A stretch of 63,909 nt of DNA, the filler included, from Lenisia limosa (taxonomy: Eukaryota > Protista > Breviatea), in the NCBI GenBank assembly GCA_001655205.1. It is 15 parts of 15 records of this genome, joined end to end, with 100 filler letters (N's around TTAATTAATTAA, not from the genome) between each part and the next. Parts side by side here need not be neighbours in the genome. Positions count along the whole stretch, not along the records: positions 33,525 to 39,056 come from LPNZ01006025.1; positions 39,157 to 40,518 come from LPNZ01001337.1; positions 40,619 to 42,571 come from LPNZ01007935.1; positions 42,672 to 44,891 come from LPNZ01008036.1; positions 44,992 to 50,401 come from LPNZ01001046.1; 10 more parts are not named here. One strand, given 5' to 3'. A program made the translations under genes and the position numbers. The notes beneath the pieces are model-generated. The model made no database searches, was not told the DNA's origin, and was given only the letters and a program-made list of their open reading frames with translations. This document shows positions 36,901 through 48,400 of this stretch, piece by piece. The first letter of the stretch is position 1, and each line of letters opens with the position of its first letter.

Positions 36901-38930
36901 TCAGGGCTTCCCAACGGTCCGAAAATGACCGTTAAAATATCGATATTTATCGAGAATTTATCGAGATATTCGGTCCTTTTTGGGACCATAGGGAACCCCT
37001 GATTATACCCCCTTCATACACCTACACACAGAGCTTATCCGCAAGAAAACACCCACCTTATCCCTGGAAAAGAGCGACCCTCCCAACCTTATCAACGGGT
37101 GAAGAGAGAACAGGCAGGAAAGGTGACCTAAAAGACTCACTCACTGCCGCGATAATCAGAGAGTCGCAATGGAAGAAAAAGTCCTGAATCAGTAAAAAGC
37201 AAATAAGAAGAATTCCCCATTGTAATAAGACGAATCCATTTTTGAATCCCCCACAAGATTATTTGACATTGCTCCAATAACACTCAAATCCGAGAAGACA
37301 GCCACGCCATTCGCGTCGGTAACCACAGGCGTGTGAGCCATTTCAGCTGAGTGGCGTGAAAATACAAAAGAGGGGATGGGAACTAAAAGTTGCGAGCCCA
37401 AAAAGTACAAATACCCCCACCCACCATGGAGCTCAAAATCTCTTAAGAGGCTCTGAGTCGGGGCTGAACAGTGAGAAGAGCCTTATCATCATATTACTTT
37501 ATCATTGCTGTATCTAAGTCTTCAATTTGGTTCAGAAAAATAGTGATAGTTTTCGAGGACTTATCGAGAATTTCAGTCTTTTTCGAACCGAAGTGAAGCC
37601 CTAGCTGTACCCCTACGTCGATAGCTACACCCCAATCCACCTCAAGAAATAACAGAACCCTCCCTAGGGCTTCACTTCGGTTCAAAAAAAGACTGAATTT
37701 CTCGATAAATCTTCGATAAATACCGATATTTTATGTCTATTTTGAAGCCCTACCCCTCCCCCCACCTGAAGCAATAAAGGGTATTGCAGTGACTGTAAAG
37801 TTAGGCTGCGGTGATCCGAAAGAATCCAGGGCTCGGACCTGTGCGATTTAGCAATGTTGGAGTGAAACTGGATGTTTTAGAGCGAAATTGGATGTTTTAG
37901 AGTGAAACTGGATGTTTTAGAGTGAAACCGGAGGCATATATGGTCACCCCCCCCTCCTCTGTCTGATAATACATCTGAAGATAACACTCCACCCCTCTTT
38001 TGGCTTGAGAATCAAGACCCCCCTTCTATCATACGTACCGTGATTGGCGGCAAAATTTGTCCAATTTCAAAGGAATCTGGTTTGTCCCATGAGACGGAGA
38101 GTGTCGCGATTTTAGGCACTAAATACGTAAGAATAACATTGGGAACAGGAAGTGTAAAAGCTAGCTTTCCACTTTACAAATGCCTCCACTTCTAATTTAT
38201 CTAGCTCTCCCTGATTTAGTCTTAGCTGCACATTTAGTGGTAGTTCAAAGCTGACAAGGGATCAGGCAAGGTATGGGAGATGAGGTAAACACCTTTTAAA
38301 ACTACACATTATTTAAAATTTATGAAGACATTGATGGAAAACATCATTACCGTTTTTTTTTTAATGTCTTGTGATTTTTCTGGTAATTAAAAATTGTTTG
38401 GTAACCCCCCCCCCCCTCTTACNNNNNNNNNNNNNNNNNNNNNNNNNNNNNNNNNNNNNNNNNNNNNNNNNNNNNNNNNNNNNNNNNNNNNNNNNNNNNN
38501 NNNNNNNNNNNCCCAACATGACCCCAACACCTTTGATATTCCCCTCCCCCGAAACATACTCGTAAACTCCGGACATGCCTCCTGTAATTCTGAGTTCCGG
38601 GAATTCAACTTTCTAGATCAATGTTAAGCTAACATCTGAAAAAAGCTACAACAAAGAATGTAGAATTGAGAAAAACAACAATATTTAGGCAAAATCAAAA
38701 CTATCATAGCTAGGGCTTCACTGAATTTCTAAACTATCGACATGTTCCCGTTTTTTACGACCCGAAGCCCCAATCATACTTTCCTCCTCTCACCCCGACA
38801 TCCGAAGACACGGCGGAATTGCCGATAACTTCCGGAGTGCATACAGGCTTGACCACTTTCTGTTGTCGCGAGAGTAGACCGTTATCGGCCATTTCCTCCC
38901 CATTAACTAGAGAGGTGACAAAAGCTGCAT
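33915..38930 (-). CDS. Large multi-exon probable surface or secreted protein with bacterial Ig-like (Big-1/invasin-type) repeats, fragment
   Basis: Exons: VRALDSFGSPQPNFTVTAIPF, AHTPVVTDANGVAVFSDLSVIG, VTDSKDRPLANRMVFVV, TAFNITTDQYGIANVPLQFSVQG, NVQVIFQALINGKEVSRSDPQ. The recurrent V-x-D-x-x-G-x-P and TD-x-x-G-x-A patterns are typical of Big-1-like beta sandwiches. Confidence 0.5.
34886..34977. mobile_element. Family A MITE
   Basis: CAGGGCTTCACTTCGGTTCGAAAAAAGAC ... GAACCGAAGTGAAGCCCTA. Confidence 0.85.
36902..37001. mobile_element. Family A-related MITE, divergent subfamily
   Basis: Left end CAGGGCTTCCCAACGGTCCGAAAA; the reverse complement of the right end is CAGGGGTTCCCTATGGTCCCAAAA. It has the same ATCGAT/TCGAG-rich core as family A. 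Confidence 0.7.
37665..37752. mobile_element. Family A MITE
   Basis: TAGGGCTTCACTTCGG ... TTTGAAGCCCTA, with CCCTCCC on both flanks. A partial copy lies just upstream at about 37540-37603. Confidence 0.8.
37860..37931. repeat. 20-bp tandem repeat, about 3.5 copies, intronic
   Basis: The unit agtgaaactggatgttttag is repeated. Confidence 0.85.
38711..38772. mobile_element. Internally deleted family A MITE
   Basis: TAGGGCTTCAC ... CGAAGCCCCA with flanks ATCATAGC / ATCATACT (6 of 8 match). Further copies lie at 38967-39056, 40204-40303 and 40349-40447. Confidence 0.7.
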
Positions 38931-39344
38931 TACTCCCACACACATCACAAAAGACATAATATTACTTAGGCTTCACTTCAGTCCGAAAAATTCCGATAAA
39001 ATATCGATAGTTTTCGAGGATTTATCGAGAAATTCAGTCTTTTTTCGAACCGAAGTNNNNNNNNNNNNNNNNNNNNNNNNNNNNNNNNNNNNNNNNNNNN
39101 TTAATTAATTAANNNNNNNNNNNNNNNNNNNNNNNNNNNNNNNNNNNNNNNNNNNNTCACGGCTTATTTAATAGTACCATCAGATCATATACTATGTATT
39201 TATTCCAACTGCAAAACATTATCACCTTATCTTGATTTACTGTCCCGTCAGTGTTGCTTACCAATAGTGTTTTTGTTTTGTTTTGTTTGTTTCCTCTGTG
39301 TTATTGTCCAATTTCCTTGCTCCAAAATCATCCATTTACCCCGA

Positions 39345-40150
39345 AGGTTGCGATTTCTCTGTGAGCACTCCGACCCTGTCTGTGGCCCCTCATGGCACTG
39401 GAGCAGCGGGAACGGAATTTCAGTCGACTCTAAGACCGCTTTTCTCAATGACGGTTCGCTGACAGGGGTTGCGGTCTTGGATACTGGTGGAAAGTAGAGA
39501 CTCTGTGGGGAAGGATCATCGTTACCATCACTAACACCATCATCATCACCATCATCATCACCATCATCATCAACATCACCATCAACAACAACAACAACAA
39601 CAGTATCATTATTATCACAACATAAAAACAATCTTCACTCCGCTCCTATACTACCACCACCAAAATATCATAATCACCATCAGCCGCTGCGTATTTGACC
39701 CAAACTCTGCGCCTGGTTCGTCTTGAAATGGCACGAGGCACACTAGCGCCACCTTCGTCTTTTGCGTCGCGTGACAGCGCTCTGGCCGCTTTTTCTGCCT
39801 TATCCGAGGCGTTTTCAACCACTTTCGGCACTGATCAGGGATCTTTGATCATGAGCGGCGATGATGATGAGGTTGGCTTTTTTTGGGATCTCATTTGACC
39901 TTCGCCCTCTGTTCCAAAAAAGACTGAATTCTGCTAAATTCTATTATTTTGGTCTTTTGTAATTGAACCTTGACATCAATAATCTTCATCGAAATTTCCT
40001 TCGTTTAAATCCCCCCCCTCCCTTGATTTTGGGCTATTTTTATTTCATAAATTTTTCAACTTTACTCCCTCTCCCCCCCAGAGCGACGAAATTTCAAACA
40101 GTGCCCCGTCCGCACTTTCAGCCCTCACCCGCCTGCTTGAATACTCGGGA
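39345..40150 (+). CDS. Possible YyaL/SPATA20 (SSP411)-family protein fragment, divergent
   Basis: LRFLCEHSDP...TAFLNDGSLTGVAVLD resembles the family motif FL-x-DYA-x5-LLD. AFSTTFGTDQGSLIMSGDDDE|SDEISNSAPSALSALTRLLEYSG resembles F-x-D-x3-GGFF...D-x3-PS-x-NS...L-x-RL. Confidence 0.35.
39530..39620. repeat. Compound trinucleotide microsatellite (CAT/CAC/CAA)n, intronic
   Basis: Directly visible: catcatcaccatcatcatcacc...caacaacaacaacaa. Confidence 0.85.
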
Positions 40151-40825
40151 ACGTAAGCATGGGGGTAAATCATAGGGATTTGAGGGGGACTTATTTGGAT
40201 CCTCAGGACTTCTCTTCAGTTCGAAAATAGATTGAATTTCTCGATAAATCATTGAAAACTATCGATATTTTATCAGTATTTTTCGAACCGAAGAGAAGCC
40301 CTGGTTATTTATTTTTTTATATCACCCCCCCATAGAATAGTGTTATTATTGGGCTTCACTTCGGTTCGAAAAAGAAGACTAAAATATCGATAGTTTTCTA
40401 AGATTATTCTAGAAATTTAGTGTATATTTTGTTTTGAACGGAAGTGGAGTAATCCCCCCCTCCTTCTCCAACCTCCTTATGTTATACTTCTTCTATCTTT
40501 ACCCTCCCCCCCCCCCCCNNNNNNNNNNNNNNNNNNNNNNNNNNNNNNNNNNNNNNNNNNNNTTAATTAATTAANNNNNNNNNNNNNNNNNNNNNNNNNN
40601 NNNNNNNNNNNNNNNNNNGGAGAGGGGGGGAGGGTTACAATCATCAATTTCTCTGAATATTTCCCCCAATTTGAAGTGTTTTTGCATCATAAATAATCCA
40701 TTTTCACCTGGGCTCCATTTTCACCTGGGCTACTTGTTGCTATCAACCCTCGTGTGCTGTCATCCAACGGAGTTGATTTGGGTTTTTTTTTGTTCCATAA
40801 ATTGTCCAATTTTACTCCCCTCCAG

Positions 40826-42556
40826 GGAAGGAGAGGCCTGTAATTGCAGTACTACTGCGTGTCCCATCGGAACCAATGACTTGACTTGCTCCGGAGCAGG
40901 CGTTTGTGACTGCTCTGTTTGTGCTTGCAATGTGGGGTGGTATTCTGTTGATTAGGAATGTAACTTCCAATCCCCAATATTTGGCTAACCATGATGATTC
41001 TGGGTTTTTATTATAATTATTTTTTGTTGCATGGTTTGTATATGCTTATTGTGTCAAGATGCATTTTCCCATCTGCCTTTCCTCCGCAATTCACAATTTA
41101 GTCTACCTCCATCCACGGCTCGATTTGTCAATGTGACGAGGCCGATTCATTGTAAGCCCCAGAAGATAATATATTTTATTATAATCCATTATCTCTTATA
41201 AGCATGATGATGTGGACGGCTTCAGTCAGATACAACCTTGCTTTATCTCCCCCTACATTGTATTCATCAGTTATACAATAGCCTATTAAGTCGACCACCG
41301 TACATCACATTAAAACATTCTTTAGAAGAACCGGTGAAGACATGTTTATCATATCATATATTGAAAGAAATCTGTGTTTTAATTTTTTTTTCTTGTTCAC
41401 ATTTCCCTAGCTACCAAGGCGGTGCTACTAGCTGCCATAACCACGGAACCCCCACTTGCTCCCTTGATGGATGGGTAGGCTACGTGAAATGAATAGTAAA
41501 ATTTTAGTGAAACACTGTGATGACAACTCTCTTTACACTTTTTTTTGAATGTTATCAATTTCATCAAAGATGTGATGAAAATATTTGCGGTAAAATGCAT
41601 CATCATATTCTGTTGTCCTCTTACCCATGATTCACAACAGTCCTTCGAGTGAGCTCTTACAATAATAGAAAATGCTCAGTGGTATTGTGTTATAATGCCA
41701 ACCACCCGCCCCCCTTCGCTCTTATTAAATGATCCTTGTTTCAATAGAGACTTTACTGTAAAAAACCACTACTACCAGTTTATACCAAAATTCGTGATCA
41801 AAGTTTTCAATTTTTACCCCCCCCCCCCNNNNNNNNNNNNNNNNNNNNNNNNNNNNNNNNNNNNNNNNNNNNNNNNNNNNNNNNNNNNNNNNNNNNNNNN
41901 NNNNNTGCTCTGAAGCCGCCCCAACCTGTCTCAATGACTGCAACGGCAACGGTGACTGTATTTGGTGCGGAGGCGTTTCGCTTTCAATGAGAAACTTTTC
42001 TTGTGTTGATTATAATATGGAATAAAGTGTATGATATAACTTTGGTGATTGTATTCTGTGTGGGGTTAATAATTGACAATAATAATATTTCATCTCAAAT
42101 TCAAAATCCTTCTCTAGTTCACCAATCATCGGCTTCACACCTTCTCACAAAACAGCGGAGAATGCTCCTGTAACGAAGGCTTCACCGGCTCTGACTGCTC
42201 CTGTGACACCACGCTGGAGTGCCCGGGCAAGGTGNNNNNNNNNNNNNNNNNNNNNNNNNNNNNNNNNNNNNNNNNNNNNNNNNNNNNNNNNNNNNNNNNN
42301 NNNNNNNNNNNNNNNNNNNNNNNNNNNNNNNNNNNNNNNNNNNNNNNNNNNNNNNNNNNNNNNNNNNNNNNNAGAAAAGTTGGAGGAAATGGGGATAAAG
42401 GTGTTTATCCTGAATTTTCTAGGAAGTTAAGACCGGTCACAAATCCACCAATAATCCCCCCAGGTCAACATCTCGAGTACAGAGACAGTGGACTGTCTCG
42501 GACGTGGAGAGTGCCAATGCGGCGAGTGTGTCTGCGAGAACAACTGGATTGGAACT
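40826..42556 (+). CDS. Integrin-beta-like protein, cysteine-rich I-EGF region, fragment
   Basis: Exons ACNCSTTACPIGTNDLTCSGAGVCDCSVCACNVGW, STSIHGSICQCDEADSL, CSEAAPTCLNDCNGNGDC, SGECSCNEGFTGSDCSCDTTLECPGK and VDCLGRGECQCGECVCENNWIGT. There are two exact matches (40887-40928, 42494-42535) to the integrin-beta Cys-rich signature C-x-[GNQ]-x(1,3)-G-x-C-x-C-x2-C-x-C. Confidence 0.7.
41188..41243 (+). repeat. Family C intronic repeat, representative copy
   Basis: attatctcttataagcatgatgatgtggacggcttcagtcagatacaaccttgc, with homologues at about 11 other positions. Confidence 0.85.
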
Positions 42557-42670
42557 GTGGGGGGGGGGGGGNNNNNNNNNNNNNNNNNNNNNNNNNNNNN
42601 NNNNNNNNNNNNNNNTTAATTAATTAANNNNNNNNNNNNNNNNNNNNNNNNNNNNNNNNNNNNNNNNNNN

Positions 42671-44890
42671 NATCAATGACTCCGTAGACTCGGATTCTAA
42701 CATCCCCTGCAGTCACGGGGATACTGTACTCATTCTACAAGGATAAGAGGTACAAGACAGCAACACAAAGGAACTAATGAGCAGTTATTTGTGTTAACAC
42801 ATATATTATGTCAAATTGCCCGTACCATATTATCATGTAGTGAAAGGACTTCAATTTCCTCCCACAGTTACTGCAGTATTTTAAAACTTTGATGTGATAC
42901 ACTGTATCTATATTTTGGACATAGTATTACTGTATTAGAGGTTCTCAAGCACACCTGTTGAAGCCTCCAGCGTTCTTCAGTTTCGCGTATTCTGTTGTAT
43001 CTTGAAATGCTGCTTCCAACGTAGATGGCAAAGGACGAGATGCGATGCCACTACAAGTCACGATTGGAATTTCGATACGGTACACACATTGATCAATGGA
43101 ATGAGGCTGAATAGACGATATTGAAATTTTTCGAAGTGATTTTTTAAATCTCAAAAATTCACCTCGACCTATGGCTGGAGAAATGGGTGCGGGTTTAGAA
43201 TTAACAAGATCGAAACTCATTCATACTCCAAAAGTATGTTCTTCGATCCTTAGCCCGGTACCAACATTGATGTCCTTGTAAGAGAAGACGTTGAGCACAC
43301 CAGGCTCGTCAACTGTTATGGTGATGTCAAAGAGGTTCAGTGCTCGACTGGGGGGGGGGGGNNNNNNNNNNNNNNNNNNNNNNNNNNNNNNNNNNNNNNN
43401 NNNNNNNNNNNNNNNNNNNNNNNNNNNNNNNNNNNNNNNNNNNNNNNNNNNNTTTATATTACAAATCTAAAATCAACTCGGTTGGCCACACATTTGAGAA
43501 GAATTGGATGGCGGAATTTATGACACAAAATGATAGAAAGCTATGAATTAAAACAACATTTTGGGTTGACCGCTGATTTATAATGTTGCTCATTTGGCTC
43601 TCCCATAGGAATCCAGAACTCGCTTTAAAGCGATTTCAGAACACCTGTTTCTTCCGCACCAACAAAAACCAGTGAAACTAGCCTACTCAGGATGTTCGCC
43701 CTCAGCCGGCTGCTTGAAGTCGCAGTTGTATGGGAAGAACTTGGCGTATGGGACCTGGGAGGGGGTTAGCGAAGGATATTTGATGAGAGGGTTTGTTTTT
43801 AAAAAGCTAACACAAAATGACGACCGTTTTAAACCGATAATTGTCTATTAATCCATTCTCGACCCCCTCATTGTAATATCTAGCGCGTACCATAACCTTA
43901 GGGAAGACTCTGACAGCAATGTTAGACGCCATTTTCTCGGCCTTATTGCAGCCAAAAGTGCCCTGAAATAGTCAAATCAAGCTCAATCAATCGAAAAGGA
44001 TGGAGAGGAAGATGAACAAGAAGACGATAAAAATGGAACACAAACACAAACAAAAGGAGGGCGAAGCGGTCAGCCCTCCAACTCTTGTATCAGCCTCCAG
44101 TCGAATCTCATAGCTTCGTCCTTCATACTGTCCACCAAGTTCCAGAATAGCCCGAACCTGGGGGGGGGGGNNNNNNNNNNNNNNNNNNNNNNNNNNNNNN
44201 NNNNNNNNNNNNNNNNNNNNNNNNNNNNNNNNNNAATAAGACATACTATTTAAAAAATGTATCAAAAGGGAAATTTAGCAGGTGACTATCAAATTATACG
44301 TAAAGAGCTGTATTTTGTCTCTGAATTTTCCGACAAAAGAAGGGGAGGGGGACCAAAGACACACACCTCCGCAGTTTCAATATTAACAGCTCGTTTTGTT
44401 GTCAGGACGGTGTTGGCTGCTGCCTGGGGGGTTATGGGTGTGAAGGGTGGATGAGTTGTATCAGTCCAACAATGTATAGAGGAATTCATTGCTTTAGACA
44501 ATTGTACTAGTACAAAACTTGGACGCACCACTTCCTCGTTATTGACGTACAGACGGAGGGTGATGTCACCAAGGTCGGTCATGGCTGTTCGCCCTGGGGT
44601 GACGATGGTTAAATCGGGTTAGTATATGATATGAAGTATATAATATGAGAATGTGTAATTGGATTCTTGACCAAAAAACGATAATCATCGGATTTATCGA
44701 AGAATTGTATTTTGGTGTTTGCGTTTTCGGAAGTGCAAAGAATTACAATTGCAGCACAATATCTCTTTGCACCCTCCCTATACCAGTAATATAGATGACA
44801 CTGTCCTGTGTAACGGTAATGATCCGCTCGGCAATTGCAGGGAAACGGTGGACGTGGTCGTCAGCAGTAGATATGACGGATCTGAGGGCT
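42671..44890 (-). CDS. Multi-exon gene fragment; possible vWA plus Ig-like (hybrid) extracellular region
   Basis: Exons ALRSVISTADDHVHRFPAIAERIITVTQDSVIYITG (resembles a vWA beta4 strand with Asp), VRAILELGGQYEGRSYEIRLEAD, NLFDITITVDEPGVLNVFSYKD, VYRIEIPIVTCSG and NEYSIPVTAGDVRIRVYGVID. The coding status is clear; the domain call is weak. Confidence 0.4.
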
Positions 44891-45489
44891 GNNNNNNNNN
44901 NNNNNNNNNNNNNNNNNNNNNNNNNNNNNNNNNNNTTAATTAATTAANNNNNNNNNNNNNNNNNNNNNNNNNNNNNNNNNNNNNNNNNNNNGTTTGAGAC
45001 TGAAACATAAGCTTTTAGCGTACGTACATATATACTGATGATGTAGATATCGTTTCCCAATATCTTGAGCGCATTTGAGGAAGGCAGAATCAACCCAATA
45101 GTAATAATGGTATGGTTACTTTGGACGTGGAGTTTTATGTGTGTCCTCAATATTGTATACTAAAAAAGCTGTATTATGAGTCTGTGAGTTCATATCAAGC
45201 TCACATTTTCCAGCTGTCACGTCTTGTTACGATGTTACAAATCATGGCAGCAACCTCGAAAGTGACTTTATTAAGGGATCATTTAAGTTAGTAGATATTT
45301 GTTAATGTTACAATACCAATTGGTATTTCCAAAACAGTAAAAAAGTACAATATATCCTATTTCACATCAAAATAACCAAATTGTTTTCCAACATATTTAT
45401 GTGAATCAGTTTGATGTTTATGTTATTTGTTGCTCTTAAGCTACATTTAAGAATAACATTTTAGATACTTTTACGCTTGTGTCTCATCC

Positions 45490-48400
45490 AGGTGCATCTT
45501 GTCACATGGAAATGCAAGGTAAACAAAAAATTACAAATGTTGACAGCTTTATTAGTAGGGCTATTCCACTTTATATAGCAATATTCTCCAGATCATGAAA
45601 TTGATTCGTATTGCATGTTGATGATTGGTTGTGGCGTATATTTATTACTATATACACAGTTATGTACATGTATGTGTAGAATGGTGATCTTTTTTGATTA
45701 AAGTGGTGATCAAAGTCTGAAGTATTCATTCTTGGTGGTCAATATGCATAGTACTTTTATGCAAAAACTGTTTTGAATTCATGGTATTTTGGTTCGGAAG
45801 TGGAGTTTAGCTATTATAAAGTGGGTTATTTTAATATTTAGCAATTGCTCTGCTATTCAGAAGCGCATGTGTCTCACTGGCATTTGCCTACTCAATTAAT
45901 CTATCCCCGGTTTGTCTCATTGTATCAGGTGAGAGAGATTAGAGTTTGAGTATTTGAATTCTAACAAATAAGCTTACATTATATGATATATAGGCTCAAT
46001 TGTCCATTTTGTTCGTGACTATGGATGGCCGCAATACTCCATTAGGTGTAGCTCCCAGAGACAAAACATATTAGAAAAAGGTGAGCCATATAAGGTATGA
46101 AGTATGAAAATAGTCATTTGCGAAGCTTTGTGATGATACCGTTGTGCTGTATCTCACATACAGATATGAGTTTCAAAATTCCATGTCTACTTCAAGAGTA
46201 ATTTATGAGACCCCAATATTTCGATTAGTATTAATCCAAAAAAACTAAACTATTCAATAATAAGGTCACGAACAAATGCAAAGAATTCCTTTAGGAGATA
46301 TCTACGTAACAGCCGCCGTTGCTTCACGTGATGAAAGTGGGTGGTGTTATTATTTCCTTTCTCCCCGTTTTTGTGAATCCACAATAACACTCATGCGTTT
46401 GTGTAACACTTTATTATCAGAACAAGGAAATATTAGTAATTCACATCAATTTTGTCTCATGATTTCTGTTATGCTCATATTACAGGCCCTTTCTTTCGCT
46501 TCACCCCAGTATCATCAATGCTTTCATCCCAGAGTATTGTTTTTGTTCGAAGCCGTGGGGCTTCTAGCAACATGGAGCGAACTGACAGTCACAATTCTTC
46601 ATCAAGTGTAACACCTTCTGCCGTTTGTATTCAAGTGAGTTACCCTATTGCAGAAAAATTTTCTGATATGAATTTGCAACGATATGGGTGGAATCTGAAT
46701 CTGAAGACTATAAATATACCCTTGTTTCTTGACATAAATAGGCTACAGCTTTAAGACGCGGCTCCTCCACTCTAATGCCTCCAAATACCTTTCGGTGCGT
46801 GGATAGCTCAAACGGAAAAAGAAACAATACTATCAATAGGCAAAATTTTGAAATCAATACAACATATTTAATGTTTTAATTCCATTGTTCTGCCTATCAT
46901 TACGTAAATCATAAATATTTCTTAAGAATTCAAAAACAGATGCGTTTACTTGTCATTTTACTTCGATCTAGGCCAATAAGTGACTTTGACCGAAATAACT
47001 CCAATCTCCGTTCACCAACACAACTCAGCCGTGAAACACTCCAACCACAAACCCTAGACGTTGAAAAAGAACAGTCAATTCAACACGGACAGCTTAACTT
47101 TGAAGCCCTGAACGATTGGGGACAGGCGTCCGAGCTGCCATCGCGATCAGTTAGCAGTTCTGTGTCCCCTGGTCCGACTCCACTTTCTTCTGGATGTACG
47201 TCTCCGCAAGAGAGATATTTGGTTTCACCAAGAATCGAAAGAAGATTGCCTTCACCTACAAATTACCCTTCTCTTGTAAGAAGCATATCTTCAATAGAAA
47301 GGAGTGTGAACATGCCCACAAAAGATCGTAGTTTGAACTCACCATTGACGCTTCGTCATAGTCAATATCTCCTGCCAACGGTACCAACCCCACGAGCTAC
47401 TCTTGACTTTTCTTCTGCATACAGTTGCAGGTCCTTGGAAACTGCAGCATTCGGTGTGGGTATAACTGATTCTCCAATTTCTTCAAAAGTAAGTGAATAT
47501 ATAAATAGATCTCTAACCACTCCTTACAACCACCTGTGAGTTACAGTTGGGATTTCTCATTTTACACAGCCACGAGTAAGTTCGCCAACATGTCTCCGTA
47601 CTGAACCGATGTTATTTGTCAGCTGGGGCATGGGATGAGAACGTTGTAAGCTTTGACGTTTTGTCATGCTATATGAGCTTTGAAACCGATGAATGTTTTA
47701 GAGTGTATGATTTTTCAGCATGATTCATGGTTTCAAGTATCTTAATCTTCGAATACAAAAACAATTGTGACTTTTATTTCGATGATATATTGATAACGTA
47801 TAATCTGAATTTTATAACTCCTACATTAAACTTGTTCATTTTGGACAGTAAGCGAGGTTGTATTTTTGATTTACCTGATATCTTTTAGGAACCAGAGCTT
47901 CTTCCTCCTTCGTATTTCCCAGCTCCTGGAGCAACTGAACACAGGTGTCGAAGCATGTCCCCTGTGTCAGATATTGAAAATTCGGGCATATACCCTTTGT
48001 ACAATGCGGATAGTACTCCTGAGATATTCAAGCTTAGCTGGTCCTTGGTGTATTCTCCGCCGGATTTGAAACTAGGAATTTCAGATGGAGAAGAGGTAAA
48101 ATGGTTGTGGATTATACAATTATGAATTTGAAAATATATGTATAAATTTGTAAATATTTGTATGAGTCGTTGTAGAAACAGAAGTAGAATACTTTATTGG
48201 CTATGGTAACATAAATTCACTAACAAAATGTTGTCATAATTTATCTGGCTTTGTGTTAATAATAGTCTTAGTTGTTTTTTCAAGCCAGTAACAATATAGG
48301 AATGGTGGAATGGAGTTACCAAAGTCTTGAAGAGAGTCTCATCCGACTCCACTGCCGGAAGTCCTACAGTTATCAAACCAACCTGGGCAACTTCAGAACC

